From Pontiella sp. (GTDB lineage: Bacteria; Verrucomicrobiota; Kiritimatiellia; Kiritimatiellales; Pontiellaceae): a stretch of DNA of 64,000 bases. The position numbers and the translations under genes were made by a program. Numbering within the stretch: position 1 is the stretch's first letter; the number at the start of each line of letters is the position of its first letter. A model generated the notes under the pieces. That model worked only from the letters and a program-made list of their open reading frames with translations. It searched no databases and had not been told where the DNA came from. Positions 8,250-18,337 of this stretch are shown one piece after another. The stretch lies in contig JBNKHE010000007.1 of the NCBI GenBank assembly GCA_050290185.1, forward strand, positions 184,108-248,107. The letters run 5' to 3'.

Positions 8250-9728
8250 ATGCAGCATTCCAAAACCATCAAGGATAAGCTGAAGGCCCTGCCGGATGAG
8301 CCGGGATGCTACCTCATGCGCGACCGCGACGGGAAAATTATCTATGTCGGCAAGGCGGCCTCACTGCGCAAGCGCGTACAAAGTTATTTCCGCGAGCACA
8401 CCCGGCGCACGGCTCAGCCCAAGATCCGCAGTCTGATCAGCTCCATCGCCGATTTTGATATTATCGTGTTGAAAAGCGAGGCCGAGGCCGTTCTGACGGA
8501 AGGCAAGCTGATCAAGGAATACCGTCCGCACTACAACACGCTTTGGAAGGACGACAAACGCTTCGTGATGGTTCGGGTGGATGTGCAGCATCCTTTTCCT
8601 AAGATTGAAAAATGCCGGATCAAGAAGGATGACGGTGCGCAATATTTTGGTCCGTATACCTCCGGCCTGGCAGTCAAGGTGGCCATTGAGTTTCTGGAGC
8701 GGAATTTCGGGATACGGCGTTGCCGGCCCCGGGTGCCGGATGAAGACACCTACAAGCACTGCAGCAACGATATCATTGCCAACTGTTCCGCACCTTGTAT
8801 CGGGAAGGTGAGCCGGGAGGAATACCGTACCCGTGTGGCGGAGGCTTGTGCATTTCTTCGCGGGGAGCGAATGGAGCTGTTGAAGAACCTGCGCGCGGAG
8901 ATGGAGAAAGCCGCGGAAGAGCTCCGTTTCGAGGATGCCGCCGCTCTGCGCGATATGCTGTTGCACCTTCACAATGCCGTAAAGGAACGGGCCAAGGTCC
9001 GCAAAACGCCTAAAATGAAACAGGATGAAGCGCGGCAGGGTTTGCGGGAACTGCAGAAACAATTGAAGCTACCGGCAGAGCCGCGCGTCATCGAATGTTT
9101 CGATATCTCCAACATTTCGGGAACCAACTCGGTCGCCAGTATGGTCTGTGCAGTGGATGGCGTACCGTATCCCAACCGCTACCGCCGTTTCCGGATCAAA
9201 ACGGTTGAGGGGGCAGATGATCCTCGGTCAATGGCTGAAGTCGTGCGGCGTCGCTACACGCGGTTGCTGCGCGAAAAAAAGGCATTGCCCGGGCTGGTGA
9301 TGGTAGACGGCGGTATTACGCAGCTACGTGCGGCCAAGGCAGAGTTGATGGAGCTCGGCCTTGATCATCTACCCATCGTAGGTTTGGCCAAGCGCTATGA
9401 GGAGATCGTCTGGGATCATGAAAGCAATGCAGGGAATCTGCTGTTGCCGCGGCATTCCGCCGGATTGACGGTGGTCACGCGTTTGCGGGATGAAGCGCAC
9501 CGGTTTGCCATATCCTACCACCGCGAACTGCGCCGCCAGCGTATTATGGAGTCGCGCCTTGACGAGATTCCCGGGATCGGTGCTTCAAAAAAGGACACCC
9601 TCTTGAAACACTTTGGCTCCATTGCACGTCTGAACCGCGCAACGATCGACGAGATTGCCGAGGCTCCCGGCATCGGGGTAAAAACGGCGGAATTGATCAG
9701 AGGTGAGCTCGATAAAAAAGGATCATGA
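8250..9728 (+). CDS. uvrC: Excinuclease ABC subunit C
   Basis: GIY-YIG (PGCYLM...IYVGKA), IECFDISN, DGG, RDEAHRFA, HhH tail. Confidence 0.97.
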   Translation: MQHSKTIKDKLKALPDEPGCYLMRDRDGKIIYVGKAASLRKRVQSYFREHTRRTAQPKIRSLISSIADFDIIVLKSEAEAVLTEGKLIKEYRPHYNTLWKDDKRFVMVRVDVQHPFPKIEKCRIKKDDGAQYFGPYTSGLAVKVAIEFLERNFGIRRCRPRVPDEDTYKHCSNDIIANCSAPCIGKVSREEYRTRVAEACAFLRGERMELLKNLRAEMEKAAEELRFEDAAALRDMLLHLHNAVKERAKVRKTPKMKQDEARQGLRELQKQLKLPAEPRVIECFDISNISGTNSVASMVCAVDGVPYPNRYRRFRIKTVEGADDPRSMAEVVRRRYTRLLREKKALPGLVMVDGGITQLRAAKAELMELGLDHLPIVGLAKRYEEIVWDHESNAGNLLLPRHSAGLTVVTRLRDEAHRFAISYHRELRRQRIMESRLDEIPGIGASKKDTLLKHFGSIARLNRATIDEIAEAPGIGVKTAELIRGELDKKGS

Positions 9729-10924
9729 ATATGCAAGTACCGACCAAGCGATTTGGACGAACGGAAATACAGATGCCCGTGCTAACGTGCGGCGGCATGC
9801 GCTATCAGCAGGGATGGGATGATCTCGATCCTGGAAAAATCGACCCGAAGGGACAGGAAAATCTGGAAGCATGCATCCATCATGCACTCGGGCACGGCAT
9901 TAACCACATCGAAACGGCTCGCGGCTATGGTCCCTCGGAGATGCAGCTGGGTTGGGTGCTTCCAAAAATCGATCGCGACACGTTGTTCGTTCAAACCAAG
10001 ATCGGTGTAAAGGAAACGGCCAGGGAGTTTCTGGATGCCTTTGAGACGTCGATTAAATATCTGCAACTTGAATATGTGGATTTTCTGTCGATTCATGGAA
10101 TAAATCTTCCTGAACACATCGATACGTGTCTGAAGAAAGGCGGGTGCCTGGATGCCATCCGCCAGCTTCAGAAAGAGGGGCGGGTGCGCTTCTGCGGTTT
10201 TTCCACCCATGCAGGGCCCGAAACGGTCGTGCCGGCCTGTGAGACGGGTGAGTTCGACTACGTGAATCTCCATTGGTATTACATCTATAACCAACTCCAT
10301 TGGCCGATGGTCGAAACAGCGGCGAAACAGGACCTGGGGGTGTTTATTATCAGTCCGAATGACAAAGGCGGCATGCTGTATCATCCGACGGATAAAATGT
10401 CTAAGTTGTGTGCTCCGCTCACCCCGATGCAGTGGAACGACCTTTACTGTCTCGCACGCCCGCAAGTCCACACGCTCAGTATCGGTGCGGATAAACCCTC
10501 CGATTTCGACGAACATATCGAGGCTGTAACGCAGTACTGGGACAACCGCACCGAGCTGGCGGACCGCATTGAACGGCGCATCAATCAATCAATCGAAAGT
10601 GATCTGGGTCTGGAATGGGTTGGCCACTGGCACGTTGGCCTGCCGCACTATCCCGAAACCCCGGGCAATATTAATGTACGGGAGATTGTGCGCCTATGGA
10701 CGTTCTTCCAAGGGCTCGACCTGCTCGAATTCGCGAAAATGCGCTATAACCTGCTCGGCAATGCCGATCACTGGTTTCCGGGGAACCAGGCCGCCAAGGT
10801 TGACTCGCATGACTGGTCCTGCCTCTCCGGTAGTCCCTTCGCCGACCGCATCCCCTCTATCCTGAAAGAAGCCCATGAACTTTTTCATGTCGACAAGGAA
10901 GCCAAGCGCCTAAGCGAATCGTAG
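9725..10924 (+). CDS. Aldo/keto reductase family protein
   Basis: HIETARGYG, GFSTH, DYVNLHWY. Confidence 0.88.
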   Translation: MNMQVPTKRFGRTEIQMPVLTCGGMRYQQGWDDLDPGKIDPKGQENLEACIHHALGHGINHIETARGYGPSEMQLGWVLPKIDRDTLFVQTKIGVKETAREFLDAFETSIKYLQLEYVDFLSIHGINLPEHIDTCLKKGGCLDAIRQLQKEGRVRFCGFSTHAGPETVVPACETGEFDYVNLHWYYIYNQLHWPMVETAAKQDLGVFIISPNDKGGMLYHPTDKMSKLCAPLTPMQWNDLYCLARPQVHTLSIGADKPSDFDEHIEAVTQYWDNRTELADRIERRINQSIESDLGLEWVGHWHVGLPHYPETPGNINVREIVRLWTFFQGLDLLEFAKMRYNLLGNADHWFPGNQAAKVDSHDWSCLSGSPFADRIPSILKEAHELFHVDKEAKRLSES

Positions 10925-10928
10925 GCAT

Positions 10929-10964
10929 AAAAAAGCCTCGTTTCCATTCCGAAACGAGGCTTTT
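10929..10964. terminator. Bidirectional intrinsic terminator
   Basis: AAAAAAGCCTCGTTTC-loop-GAAACGAGGCTTTT between convergent genes. Confidence 0.85.
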
Positions 10965-10968
10965 AAAA

Positions 10969-11053
10969 TGGTGGTGGGGGATGGATTCGAACCATCGAAC
11001 TCGTAGAGGGCAGATTTACAGTCTGCTGCGTTTGACCGCTTCGCTACCCCACC
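10969..11053 (-). tRNA. tRNA-Tyr(GTA), CCA encoded
   Basis: Reverse complement GGTGGGGTAGCGAAGCGGTCAAACGCAGCAGACTGTAAATCTGC...GGTTCGAATCCATCCCCCACCACCA. Confidence 0.97.
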
Positions 11054-11142
11054 GTTTCCGATAAAGGAGCGACTAAGGTACCGAAATATTTTGGTTTGTC
11101 TACTATCAATTTCCGCAAAAAACCGATTTATTGGATTTCAGC

Positions 11143-12078
11143 ATGAACATATCTAATACACACATCATCTGTTGCGGTTTTACGCCCTGTATCCAGCGCA
11201 TTCTAGAATTTAAGCGAGTGGAAAAGGGGGAGGTGAACCGGGCGGGCAAGGTGACGCTTGGCATTGGCGGCAAAGGGGCGAATACGGCTCGCATGATCAG
11301 GCAACTCGGTCATGATACTCTACTGGTGGGGTTTGCCGGGGGTGCCAATGGGCATCTGCTGGAACAGATGCTCACTGCCGAAGGTGTCGCATTCCAACAC
11401 GTGGAGGTCGAGGGGGAAACGCGGATCTGTCAGACGTTGGTGGAGTCAGGCCATCCGGATACGACCGAACTGGTCGAGGAGATGCCCGCGATTACCGCGG
11501 AAGATTGGGCGGGTATGCTCGAGCTATTTGGGTCCATGGAACTTCACGACCCGATCGTTTGCATATCAGGAAAGCTGCCCGCCGGTGCGCCTGTTGATGC
11601 CTACGGGCAGATTGCCGCTATGATAGGGGAGCAGGATGGACGGGTGATTATTGATGCGCCCGGCGATCCCTTGCTCTGTGCGTTGGAGCACAAGCCCTTT
11701 ATGGTCAAGATCAATGATGTTGAGCTGATGCAGACCATTGGTGGCGAGGATTTGATCGATGCCTGTCGGAAGATTATCGGGAAGGGGGCATGGTCGGTTC
11801 TGGTGACCCGCGGAGCACGTACGGCATTCTATGTGGACGGGCTGCAGACGCTGGAAATCACGCCGCCAAAGATTATGGCCATCAATCCAGTAGGCAGTGG
11901 CGATGCCGTGACCGCCGGGATTGCGGTGGCTCTGGCCGATGGGTATGTCATGTCGGAGGCTCTTGTTCATGGCATGGCCTGTGGTGCGGCCAATGCCCTT
12001 AACCTGGTTTCAGGAATGCTGGTCCCAGCCGATGTGGAACGTCTTTCCGCTGAAGTCCAAATCCAAATAGTGAAGTAA
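11143..12078 (+). CDS. PfkB/LacC-type 1-phosphofructokinase-family hexose kinase
   Basis: GGKGANTAR, SGKLP, NPVGSGDA motifs. Confidence 0.9.
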   Translation: MNISNTHIICCGFTPCIQRILEFKRVEKGEVNRAGKVTLGIGGKGANTARMIRQLGHDTLLVGFAGGANGHLLEQMLTAEGVAFQHVEVEGETRICQTLVESGHPDTTELVEEMPAITAEDWAGMLELFGSMELHDPIVCISGKLPAGAPVDAYGQIAAMIGEQDGRVIIDAPGDPLLCALEHKPFMVKINDVELMQTIGGEDLIDACRKIIGKGAWSVLVTRGARTAFYVDGLQTLEITPPKIMAINPVGSGDAVTAGIAVALADGYVMSEALVHGMACGAANALNLVSGMLVPADVERLSAEVQIQIVK

Positions 12079-12124
12079 AATATTACGACCCGGGTGATGG
12101 ATCTTCGCTCAGGAGTACTTCATG

Positions 12125-12598
12125 TTATTGCAGATCGTCGGGGAACAGATCCCCCAGTTTTGGTTCCCGTCCGGGCGGAGTTCGCTTTGCGGTAGATCTG
12201 CGGGCATCCTGATCACACTGATTGATGAACTCCTGCGAGGACATAACCTGTGCGCCGGCGCTGGATACGGTCGCATGTTCGGCATGGTCGGAAGTAACAA
12301 CCAGGATCTTTTCCGGTCGATCAAACCTGGAAACTAATCGTTCGATGATGGTATCGGCAGACAAGTTGCCCGGAGAAAAGAAGACTTCCAGATGCGGCGA
12401 GGTGAGCGCGTCGTCATTGCCGGCTTCGCGGCCATCGAAGACTATGGTCGTTTGCGGCGCCAGCCGGTGGGCTGTGTTCCCGATCATCCGAACCAGTCTA
12501 TGTCGGGCGGCCATCAGGTCGGTGCGTAGCAGTTCCGCCAGATCATCGACTTGGTGCAGTACATTATAACCGTCGACTATGAGCCATTCGGTCTGCAT
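12125..12598 (-). CDS. NYN-domain (YacP/Rae1-like) ribonuclease
   Basis: LIVDGYN, VFDG, SAD, VVTSD. Confidence 0.85.
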   Translation of the reverse strand: MQTEWLIVDGYNVLHQVDDLAELLRTDLMAARHRLVRMIGNTAHRLAPQTTIVFDGREAGNDDALTSPHLEVFFSPGNLSADTIIERLVSRFDRPEKILVVTSDHAEHATVSSAGAQVMSSQEFINQCDQDARRSTAKRTPPGREPKLGDLFPDDLQ

Positions 12599-13455
12599 TA
12601 TTTTCTCCAGAGCTTTCGCTTCTTCCCTTCGATCAACTGCTCCATCCGGCGTTTAAAGTCATCTTTTGCTTCCAGGCCCTGTTCATAGATTTCCCAGGGC
12701 TTGTGGAAGTCGAGAATTTCCACGTCCACCAGGGGCGGCCGGATATAGATATCGACCGGGTGGTTGACTTGTTTTTCCATAGCCATGGCATCCATCATTA
12801 CCTGATAGGTATGGAAGATGGCATCGCGTGGTGACGGGATCTTGCTGGGAGGCGTTGAATCCTGACCCATGATGTCCACGGCGATCCGCACGTCGCATTT
12901 CTCGTCGAGCAGGTCGTGCGGGACATTATTCACAAGGCCGCCATCTACAAGTACCCGCTCCCCATCAAGCACTGGAGTGAAAATGTAGGGCAACGCCATG
13001 CTGGCACGTACGGCGGGCAGCAGCTCGCCGGATTGGAGTACCACCTGTTCCTTCCGCCAGAAGTCTGTGGCAACCACCTTGAGGGGAATCTTGAGCTCCT
13101 CAAAGGTCGATACCTGCATTTGATCATAGAGGAACGATAACAGTTTTTCGCCCTTGAGCAGGCCCTGCGGTTTGAAACTGAAATGCGGGTCGAGCAACTC
13201 CAGAATCTTGAGCGAATCCTTTTGCCGGATGATATCTTTCAGTTTTGCGTGGGGCGGAACGATCAGCTTATGGAACATTTCGGCAATATTCTTTGCCGAG
13301 TGTCCCGATGCATAGAGTGCCCCCATAATGGCTCCGATGCTCGTACCCGTCATGCAATAGGGCTTTATGCCGAGTTCGTCGAAGACCTCAAGAATAGGCA
13401 GGTGCGCAAAACCTTTCGCGCCACCGCCGCCGAGTGCGAGTCCGATCTTTATCAT
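12598..13455 (-). CDS. Patatin-like phospholipase
   Basis: GGGGAKG, GTSIG, DGG motifs. Confidence 0.92.
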   Translation of the reverse strand: MIKIGLALGGGGAKGFAHLPILEVFDELGIKPYCMTGTSIGAIMGALYASGHSAKNIAEMFHKLIVPPHAKLKDIIRQKDSLKILELLDPHFSFKPQGLLKGEKLLSFLYDQMQVSTFEELKIPLKVVATDFWRKEQVVLQSGELLPAVRASMALPYIFTPVLDGERVLVDGGLVNNVPHDLLDEKCDVRIAVDIMGQDSTPPSKIPSPRDAIFHTYQVMMDAMAMEKQVNHPVDIYIRPPLVDVEILDFHKPWEIYEQGLEAKDDFKRRMEQLIEGKKRKLWRK

Positions 13456-13516
13456 GGATGAAGTATGCAAGGGAGCGATGCAGGGATAAAGCCTATTATT
13501 GGAAATGAGCCGGCCA

Positions 13517-14479
13517 TCAAGGATTCCATGCGGCGTCGGCGAGAAATTCGGTAACGATGGCTTTGTAACTGGATAGGCGCTGGGCCTTTTTGAGCTTCTT
13601 GAATAATTGGTGGCCGTTGGAGATGTGCATGCTCTGATAGGTCCAGAATTCCTTCATTTTCCCCAGAACCGGCTGATCACCGTGAAGGACCGTTTCGTAG
13701 CGTGCCAGCAGGTCTTCATGAAAGGCGGCAATGCGGTTGATGGCATTCGGGATCCCGGGCTGGCCGCTCTTGATGACTTCGCACAGGAACGGGTTGGCAA
13801 GAAGCCCTCGTCCAAGCATAAAGCGGTCGATGGACGGGAAGCGTGCCTGGATCTGTTTGAAGGAAGAGAGGGTATGGATATCCCCGTTGTAGCAGACGGG
13901 CCGTTCCAATGCGGAACAGGCTTCGTCAAAGGCATCGAGATCGACCGTCCCGTCATACATTTGCTCCGCCGTACGTGGATGGATGATCACCTCGCTCAAT
14001 GGATACTGATTCAATATCGGAATCAGATTCATCAGTTCCGATTTGTCCGCCACGCCAAGCCGCACCTTGACAGAAATGCGGCAGGGGCTTTCGCGGCAGG
14101 CCTTGTCGAGGACGGCCGCGACCATATCGGGATGGGCCAGGAGCCCGGAGCCGCGCCTCTTTTTTCGGATCGGTTTGTGCGGGCAGCCGAGGTTCCAGTT
14201 CACCTCGTCATATCCCAGATCGTGCAGCGCCTTGGTCATCTGTACGAAATCATCGGCTTTGTTGCCGATTAATTGCGGGATGAGCGGCAGTCCTGAATTG
14301 TTTTCCGGCAGTACATCCTTCAGCAGCTTGGGGTTAATCCGTTCGGCGCTGACAGTCGAAATGAACGGAGCCATTTCGATATCCAGTCCCTCAAAGTGGC
14401 GGATGAAGGCCTGGCGATAATGCATCGTTGTAATCCCGCGCATCGGAGCCAAGATCAATACTGGACTTGAAGTGCTCAT
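13517..14479 (-). CDS. tRNA-dihydrouridine synthase family protein
   Basis: LAPMRG, NLGCP, VKVRLG, HPRT, NGDI. Confidence 0.92.
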   Translation of the reverse strand: MSTSSPVLILAPMRGITTMHYRQAFIRHFEGLDIEMAPFISTVSAERINPKLLKDVLPENNSGLPLIPQLIGNKADDFVQMTKALHDLGYDEVNWNLGCPHKPIRKKRRGSGLLAHPDMVAAVLDKACRESPCRISVKVRLGVADKSELMNLIPILNQYPLSEVIIHPRTAEQMYDGTVDLDAFDEACSALERPVCYNGDIHTLSSFKQIQARFPSIDRFMLGRGLLANPFLCEVIKSGQPGIPNAINRIAAFHEDLLARYETVLHGDQPVLGKMKEFWTYQSMHISNGHQLFKKLKKAQRLSSYKAIVTEFLADAAWNP

Positions 14480-14484
14480 TGTTT

Positions 14485-14546
14485 AGCCACGGAACAACAC
14501 GGATGAACCCGGTAAAAATCGATGTTTATCCACGTTCATCCGTGGC
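14485..14546. repeat. REP-like imperfect palindrome
   Basis: GCCACGG...CACGGATGAAC...GTTCATCCGTGGC between co-oriented genes. Confidence 0.6.
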
Positions 14547-14551
14547 CTGGT

Positions 14552-15118
14552 TCATGCGCGGGAGAGGTATTTGCGGTCGCGGGTGTCGACCTTGATGGTT
14601 TCGCCGGGTTCGATATATTCCGGAACCTGCACGATCAAGCCGGTAGTCAGCGTGGCCGGTTTGGTGCGCGAGGTGGCCGAGGCGCCTTTCATGGCGGGCG
14701 GGCATTCGACGATCTCCATATCGATCGTGTCGGGCATCTGGAGCGTCAGGATCTTTCCTTCGGAAACCAGTGCAATGATCCCTTCCATGTCCTCGATTAA
14801 AAAGGGCAGGCAGTCTTCAATATCTTCCTTTACCAGTTCAAACTGCTCGTAGGACGAGAGATCCATGAAGGCAAACCGATCGCCATCCTTATAGAGATAT
14901 TGAACCTCGTTTTTATCGTACGTGGCGTCCTGGAGGGCATCGTCTGCCCGATAGGTTTTGTCGACCTTCTGCTTGGTGGAAACGTTGCGGAACCGGACCT
15001 TGTAGATGGTTCCTCCGCCGCGAGCCGTCGGCGATTGCTGGGTGATGTTTTCAATTACGTGCGGGGTGCCGTCGATGTCGATGACGGACGTCTTCTTCAA
15101 ATCACATGCCTTGACCAT
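14552..15118 (-). CDS. yeiP: Elongation factor P-like protein EfpL (YeiP)
   Basis: Loop QSPTARGGGTIYK matches the YeiP SPTARG type rather than EF-P PGKG; C-terminal QVPEYI. Confidence 0.85.
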   Translation of the reverse strand: MVKACDLKKTSVIDIDGTPHVIENITQQSPTARGGGTIYKVRFRNVSTKQKVDKTYRADDALQDATYDKNEVQYLYKDGDRFAFMDLSSYEQFELVKEDIEDCLPFLIEDMEGIIALVSEGKILTLQMPDTIDMEIVECPPAMKGASATSRTKPATLTTGLIVQVPEYIEPGETIKVDTRDRKYLSRA

Positions 15119-15186
15119 AAAATCCTCCGGTTAAAAAGAAGGGCGCAATATCCCTGAACGAAATGGAATTTTCAAGCGATTTGGCG

Positions 15187-15230
15187 CGTGATGAGTGATG
15201 ATTGAAACGAGGTTCTTCTAACGCCTCACG
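15187..15230 (+). repeat. Dispersed heptamer-based repeat, copy A
   Basis: CGTGATGAGTGATGATTGAAACG...GCCTCACG, similar to 29861-29915 on the minus strand. Confidence 0.6.
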
Positions 15231-15969
15231 CCTTATTTATCATTGCGGCGGAGAACCCGGCGCCGAAGCCATTGTCAATATTGACGACGGTGATGTTGGG
15301 CGCGCAGGAGTTGAGCATGGTAAAGAGCGGGGCGAGCCCATTGAGGTGCGAGCCGTAGCCAACGGAGGTGGGCACCGCAATTACGGGGCAGGGAGCCAGT
15401 CCGCCAACGACAGACGGCAACGCGCCTTCCATTCCGGCTACGGCAACGATGCAACGGGCTTTTTGAATTTTTTCATTCTGTGCTAAAAGGCGGTGGATAC
15501 CGGCCACACCGCAATCATAGAGACGTTCGACGTTTGCGCCGGAGATTGCGGCCGTTACAGCGGCTTCTTCGGCGACGGGAATGTCGGCAGTGCCGGCAGA
15601 AATCACCAAAACACTGCCTGTTTTTTCGCGATCTTCTTTTTCGAGTGTGATGGTGCGCCCAAGCTCGTTGTAGACCAGACGGCTATCCATTCCCTGCAGA
15701 TGCGCAAACAGTTCGGGTTCGGCCCGGGTTAGAAGAATATTACCGTTGTGCTTTGCGAGCGATTGGAAGATTTTTTCAACCTGTTGGGAGGTCTTTCCCT
15801 GGCAGAAAACGACTTCGGGGTAGCCGGTGCGGAGGGCCCGGTGGTGATCCACTTTCGCAAAGCCCATATCTTCGAATGGCAGATGTTTAAGCGTTGCGAG
15901 GGTTTGTTCCAAATCCGTCTCGCCGCTCTTAAAGCGGGTCAGCAACTGCGTGATTCTATCTATTTCCAT
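15226..15969 (-). CDS. larB: LarB (AIR carboxylase-like, nickel-pincer cofactor biosynthesis)
   Basis: DHHRALRTG, AGTADIPVAEEA, GMEGAL, VPTSVGYG, NIDNGFGA. Confidence 0.93.
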   Translation of the reverse strand: MEIDRITQLLTRFKSGETDLEQTLATLKHLPFEDMGFAKVDHHRALRTGYPEVVFCQGKTSQQVEKIFQSLAKHNGNILLTRAEPELFAHLQGMDSRLVYNELGRTITLEKEDREKTGSVLVISAGTADIPVAEEAAVTAAISGANVERLYDCGVAGIHRLLAQNEKIQKARCIVAVAGMEGALPSVVGGLAPCPVIAVPTSVGYGSHLNGLAPLFTMLNSCAPNITVVNIDNGFGAGFSAAMINKA

Positions 15970-16844
15970 GGTGGCGTCCCCGGTAGCAAGGCTTTGAACT
16001 CACGGATTACTTGTTGTTGATATTCATCGGGAAAACCACCGGCCAGAAACATTCCATATGCTTCGTCCATAAACCGTTGCCAGCTTTCAATCTCATGCCC
16101 CGGATTGATTGGGAAAAAATTGCAGCCAATGGCCTGGGCGGTGGCCATGTCGCCGGGGGCATCGCCGATCATGAGGATGGCGTTGGCGGGATAGCGGTTG
16201 ACTGCAGCCATCGTGAAATGATCGATCTTGCTGCCCAGCTCGGGGCCGGCGATAACGGAAACGTATTTCGCAAGATCATCACGGTACCAATCCTTGAGTA
16301 GGGCAACGGCCTGCGTCTGGGAGATTACAATGGCATCGGAGTTTTGCTGGATGCGCTTTAGCGCATCTTCGACGCCGTCAAACGCCGGCGGGTCGGACAT
16401 GTTTTGGTCAATGTCGGCATTGAGCGAAACGCTCCATGTGTGGGCCTCTGCCAGGAGTTTGCTGCCGGTACGTTGAGCTTCGGCTTCAATGGTTGCATTG
16501 CTCAACGGGAGGCCGGAGTCGCAGTACGTTCGTAAATCCGTTGGATCGGGAAGGTCGGCGTTTTCGCGGGCTTCGGGCCAATCCTGGAGTAGCTCAAAGG
16601 TTTTGCAAAGCCCCAGGAAGCGGTTGAGTCCCCGATAGGTGGAGTAGAGATAGACAAACTCGGCTGCGGCGCGAACCTGGGGTTCGATGGCTTCAAGTTG
16701 CCAGTGCCGGATGATATGGGGGTGGAAGAAATCTTTTTGTTTTATCTCCATGGTGTCGAAAACGCAGCCATCGGAATCGATGCCCACGAATGTGTCGAAT
16801 CGGGGGAGAAAGTTGATGAGGTCGTCTTTGGTAAATTCTGTCAT
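15960..16844 (-). CDS. HAD-family hydrolase
   Basis: GIDSDGC motif I; MIGDAPGD motif IV. Confidence 0.85.
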   Translation of the reverse strand: MTEFTKDDLINFLPRFDTFVGIDSDGCVFDTMEIKQKDFFHPHIIRHWQLEAIEPQVRAAAEFVYLYSTYRGLNRFLGLCKTFELLQDWPEARENADLPDPTDLRTYCDSGLPLSNATIEAEAQRTGSKLLAEAHTWSVSLNADIDQNMSDPPAFDGVEDALKRIQQNSDAIVISQTQAVALLKDWYRDDLAKYVSVIAGPELGSKIDHFTMAAVNRYPANAILMIGDAPGDMATAQAIGCNFFPINPGHEIESWQRFMDEAYGMFLAGGFPDEYQQQVIREFKALLPGTPPWK

Positions 16845-17009
16845 AAATGGAATCCAATAGTTTGAAACAGTAGGTTGTGAAGGGATAGGGGGTCAAGCTT
16901 GGAGCCTTGAAACGGCAGATTTTGGTATTTTTTTATCGAAGCAATTCAGGGGGTTCGGTAAATTCCGCGACTATATTCATAAATCCGAATAAACGAATAG
17001 AGGTCTGTT

Positions 17010-18197
17010 ATGAGCAAAATCCGTAAGGATCACGTATTTACTTCCGAGTCTGTTTCCGAGGGGCATCCCGATAAGGTGTGCGACCAGATTTCCGATGCTA
17101 TTCTGGACGCCTGTCTGGCGAAGGATTCCGGAAGTCGTGTAGCGTGTGAAACATTGACCACAACCAATCTGGTGGTAAACGCCGGTGAAATTACCTGTTC
17201 CGGGTGGGAGAATATCGATCCCGAAGCCATCGCCCGCGAAGTTGTGCGCGATATCGGTTATGACCGCGAGGAGCTGGAGTTTTGCAGCGAAACGTTTGAA
17301 TACATCAACCGTCTGCATGGACAGTCGCCCGACATTTCCCAGGGCGTGACCGAAGGTCAGGGGCTTTTCAATGAACAAGGAGCCGGCGACCAGGGCATGA
17401 TGTTCGGCTATGCGAGCAATGATACCGACGAGCTGATGCCTGCGCCGATTGCCTTCAGCCACCGTCTGCTGGATGAGCTTCAGAAAATCCGCAAAGCGGG
17501 AACCATTCCCTATCTTCGCCCCGATTCAAAATCGCAGGTCTCGGTTCTGCACATCAACGGGAAACCGAAATCCATTGAAACCGTGGTGATTTCGCACCAG
17601 ACCGATGATGTTGCGTTGGAACAGATCAGAAAGGATCTGATCGAGGTGTGCAAGGATGTGCTGGAGCCGACTGGTTTGCTCAAGTCGGATACGGAATTCT
17701 TTATCAACCCGACCGGAAAATTCGTGATCGGCGGGCCGCATGGCGATGCCGGTCTGACCGGCCGCAAGATTATCGTCGACAGCTATGGCGGTGTCGGGAG
17801 CCACGGTGGTGGTGCGTTCTCCGGCAAGGATCCCTCCAAGGTCGACCGTTCGGCCGCCTATTATTCCCGCTATGCCGCCAAGAATATTGTTGCGGCAGGT
17901 CTTGCGGAAAAGTGCGAAATCCAGGTGGCCTATGCCATCGGTGTCGCAAAGCCGCTCAGCATCAATATCGACACCTACGGCACCGGCAAGGTGGATGACC
18001 ACCTGATTGAAAAGGTCATCAAGTCGGGTGAAATCTTCGACTTCCGTCCCCGTGCTCTGATTGAAGATCTGGGCCTGTTGACGCCCGCGGGCTGGAGCTA
18101 TCGGGACTCTGCCGCCTATGGTCATTTTGGACGTTCCCGTTTCCCTTGGGAGAAGACGGATAGGATCGATGCATTGCGCAAGGCCGTCGGCCTTTAA
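17010..18197 (+). CDS. metK: S-adenosylmethionine synthase
   Basis: [28 protein letters not shown]. Confidence 0.98.
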   Translation: MSKIRKDHVFTSESVSEGHPDKVCDQISDAILDACLAKDSGSRVACETLTTTNLVVNAGEITCSGWENIDPEAIAREVVRDIGYDREELEFCSETFEYINRLHGQSPDISQGVTEGQGLFNEQGAGDQGMMFGYASNDTDELMPAPIAFSHRLLDELQKIRKAGTIPYLRPDSKSQVSVLHINGKPKSIETVVISHQTDDVALEQIRKDLIEVCKDVLEPTGLLKSDTEFFINPTGKFVIGGPHGDAGLTGRKIIVDSYGGVGSHGGGAFSGKDPSKVDRSAAYYSRYAAKNIVAAGLAEKCEIQVAYAIGVAKPLSINIDTYGTGKVDDHLIEKVIKSGEIFDFRPRALIEDLGLLTPAGWSYRDSAAYGHFGRSRFPWEKTDRIDALRKAVGL

Positions 18198-18219
18198 TTT
18201 GCCTGTCTATCGTTGAAGA

Positions 18220-18256
18220 GGTGCGCCATCCGCTTTTCCGGGTGGTGCATTTTTTG
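18220..18256 (+). terminator. Intrinsic terminator after metK
   Basis: GGTGCGCCATCCG...CGGGTGGTGCATTTTTT. Confidence 0.65.
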
Positions 18257-18337
18257 ATAAGAGCCGTTGCAGTCCCTTCTTGAAGAACGCGGTACGGGCG
18301 CTATAGTGATTGTGCTTCTATCACGATTGGTTTGAAC

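Noticed and set aside
10969..11053. tRNA-Tyr as an integration site
   Set aside because: Flanked by housekeeping genes; no duplicated 3' end or integrase seen.
16845..17009. SAM riboswitch upstream of metK
   Set aside because: No SAM-I/II consensus seen; only a weak TATTC-N8-GAATA palindrome that may be an operator.
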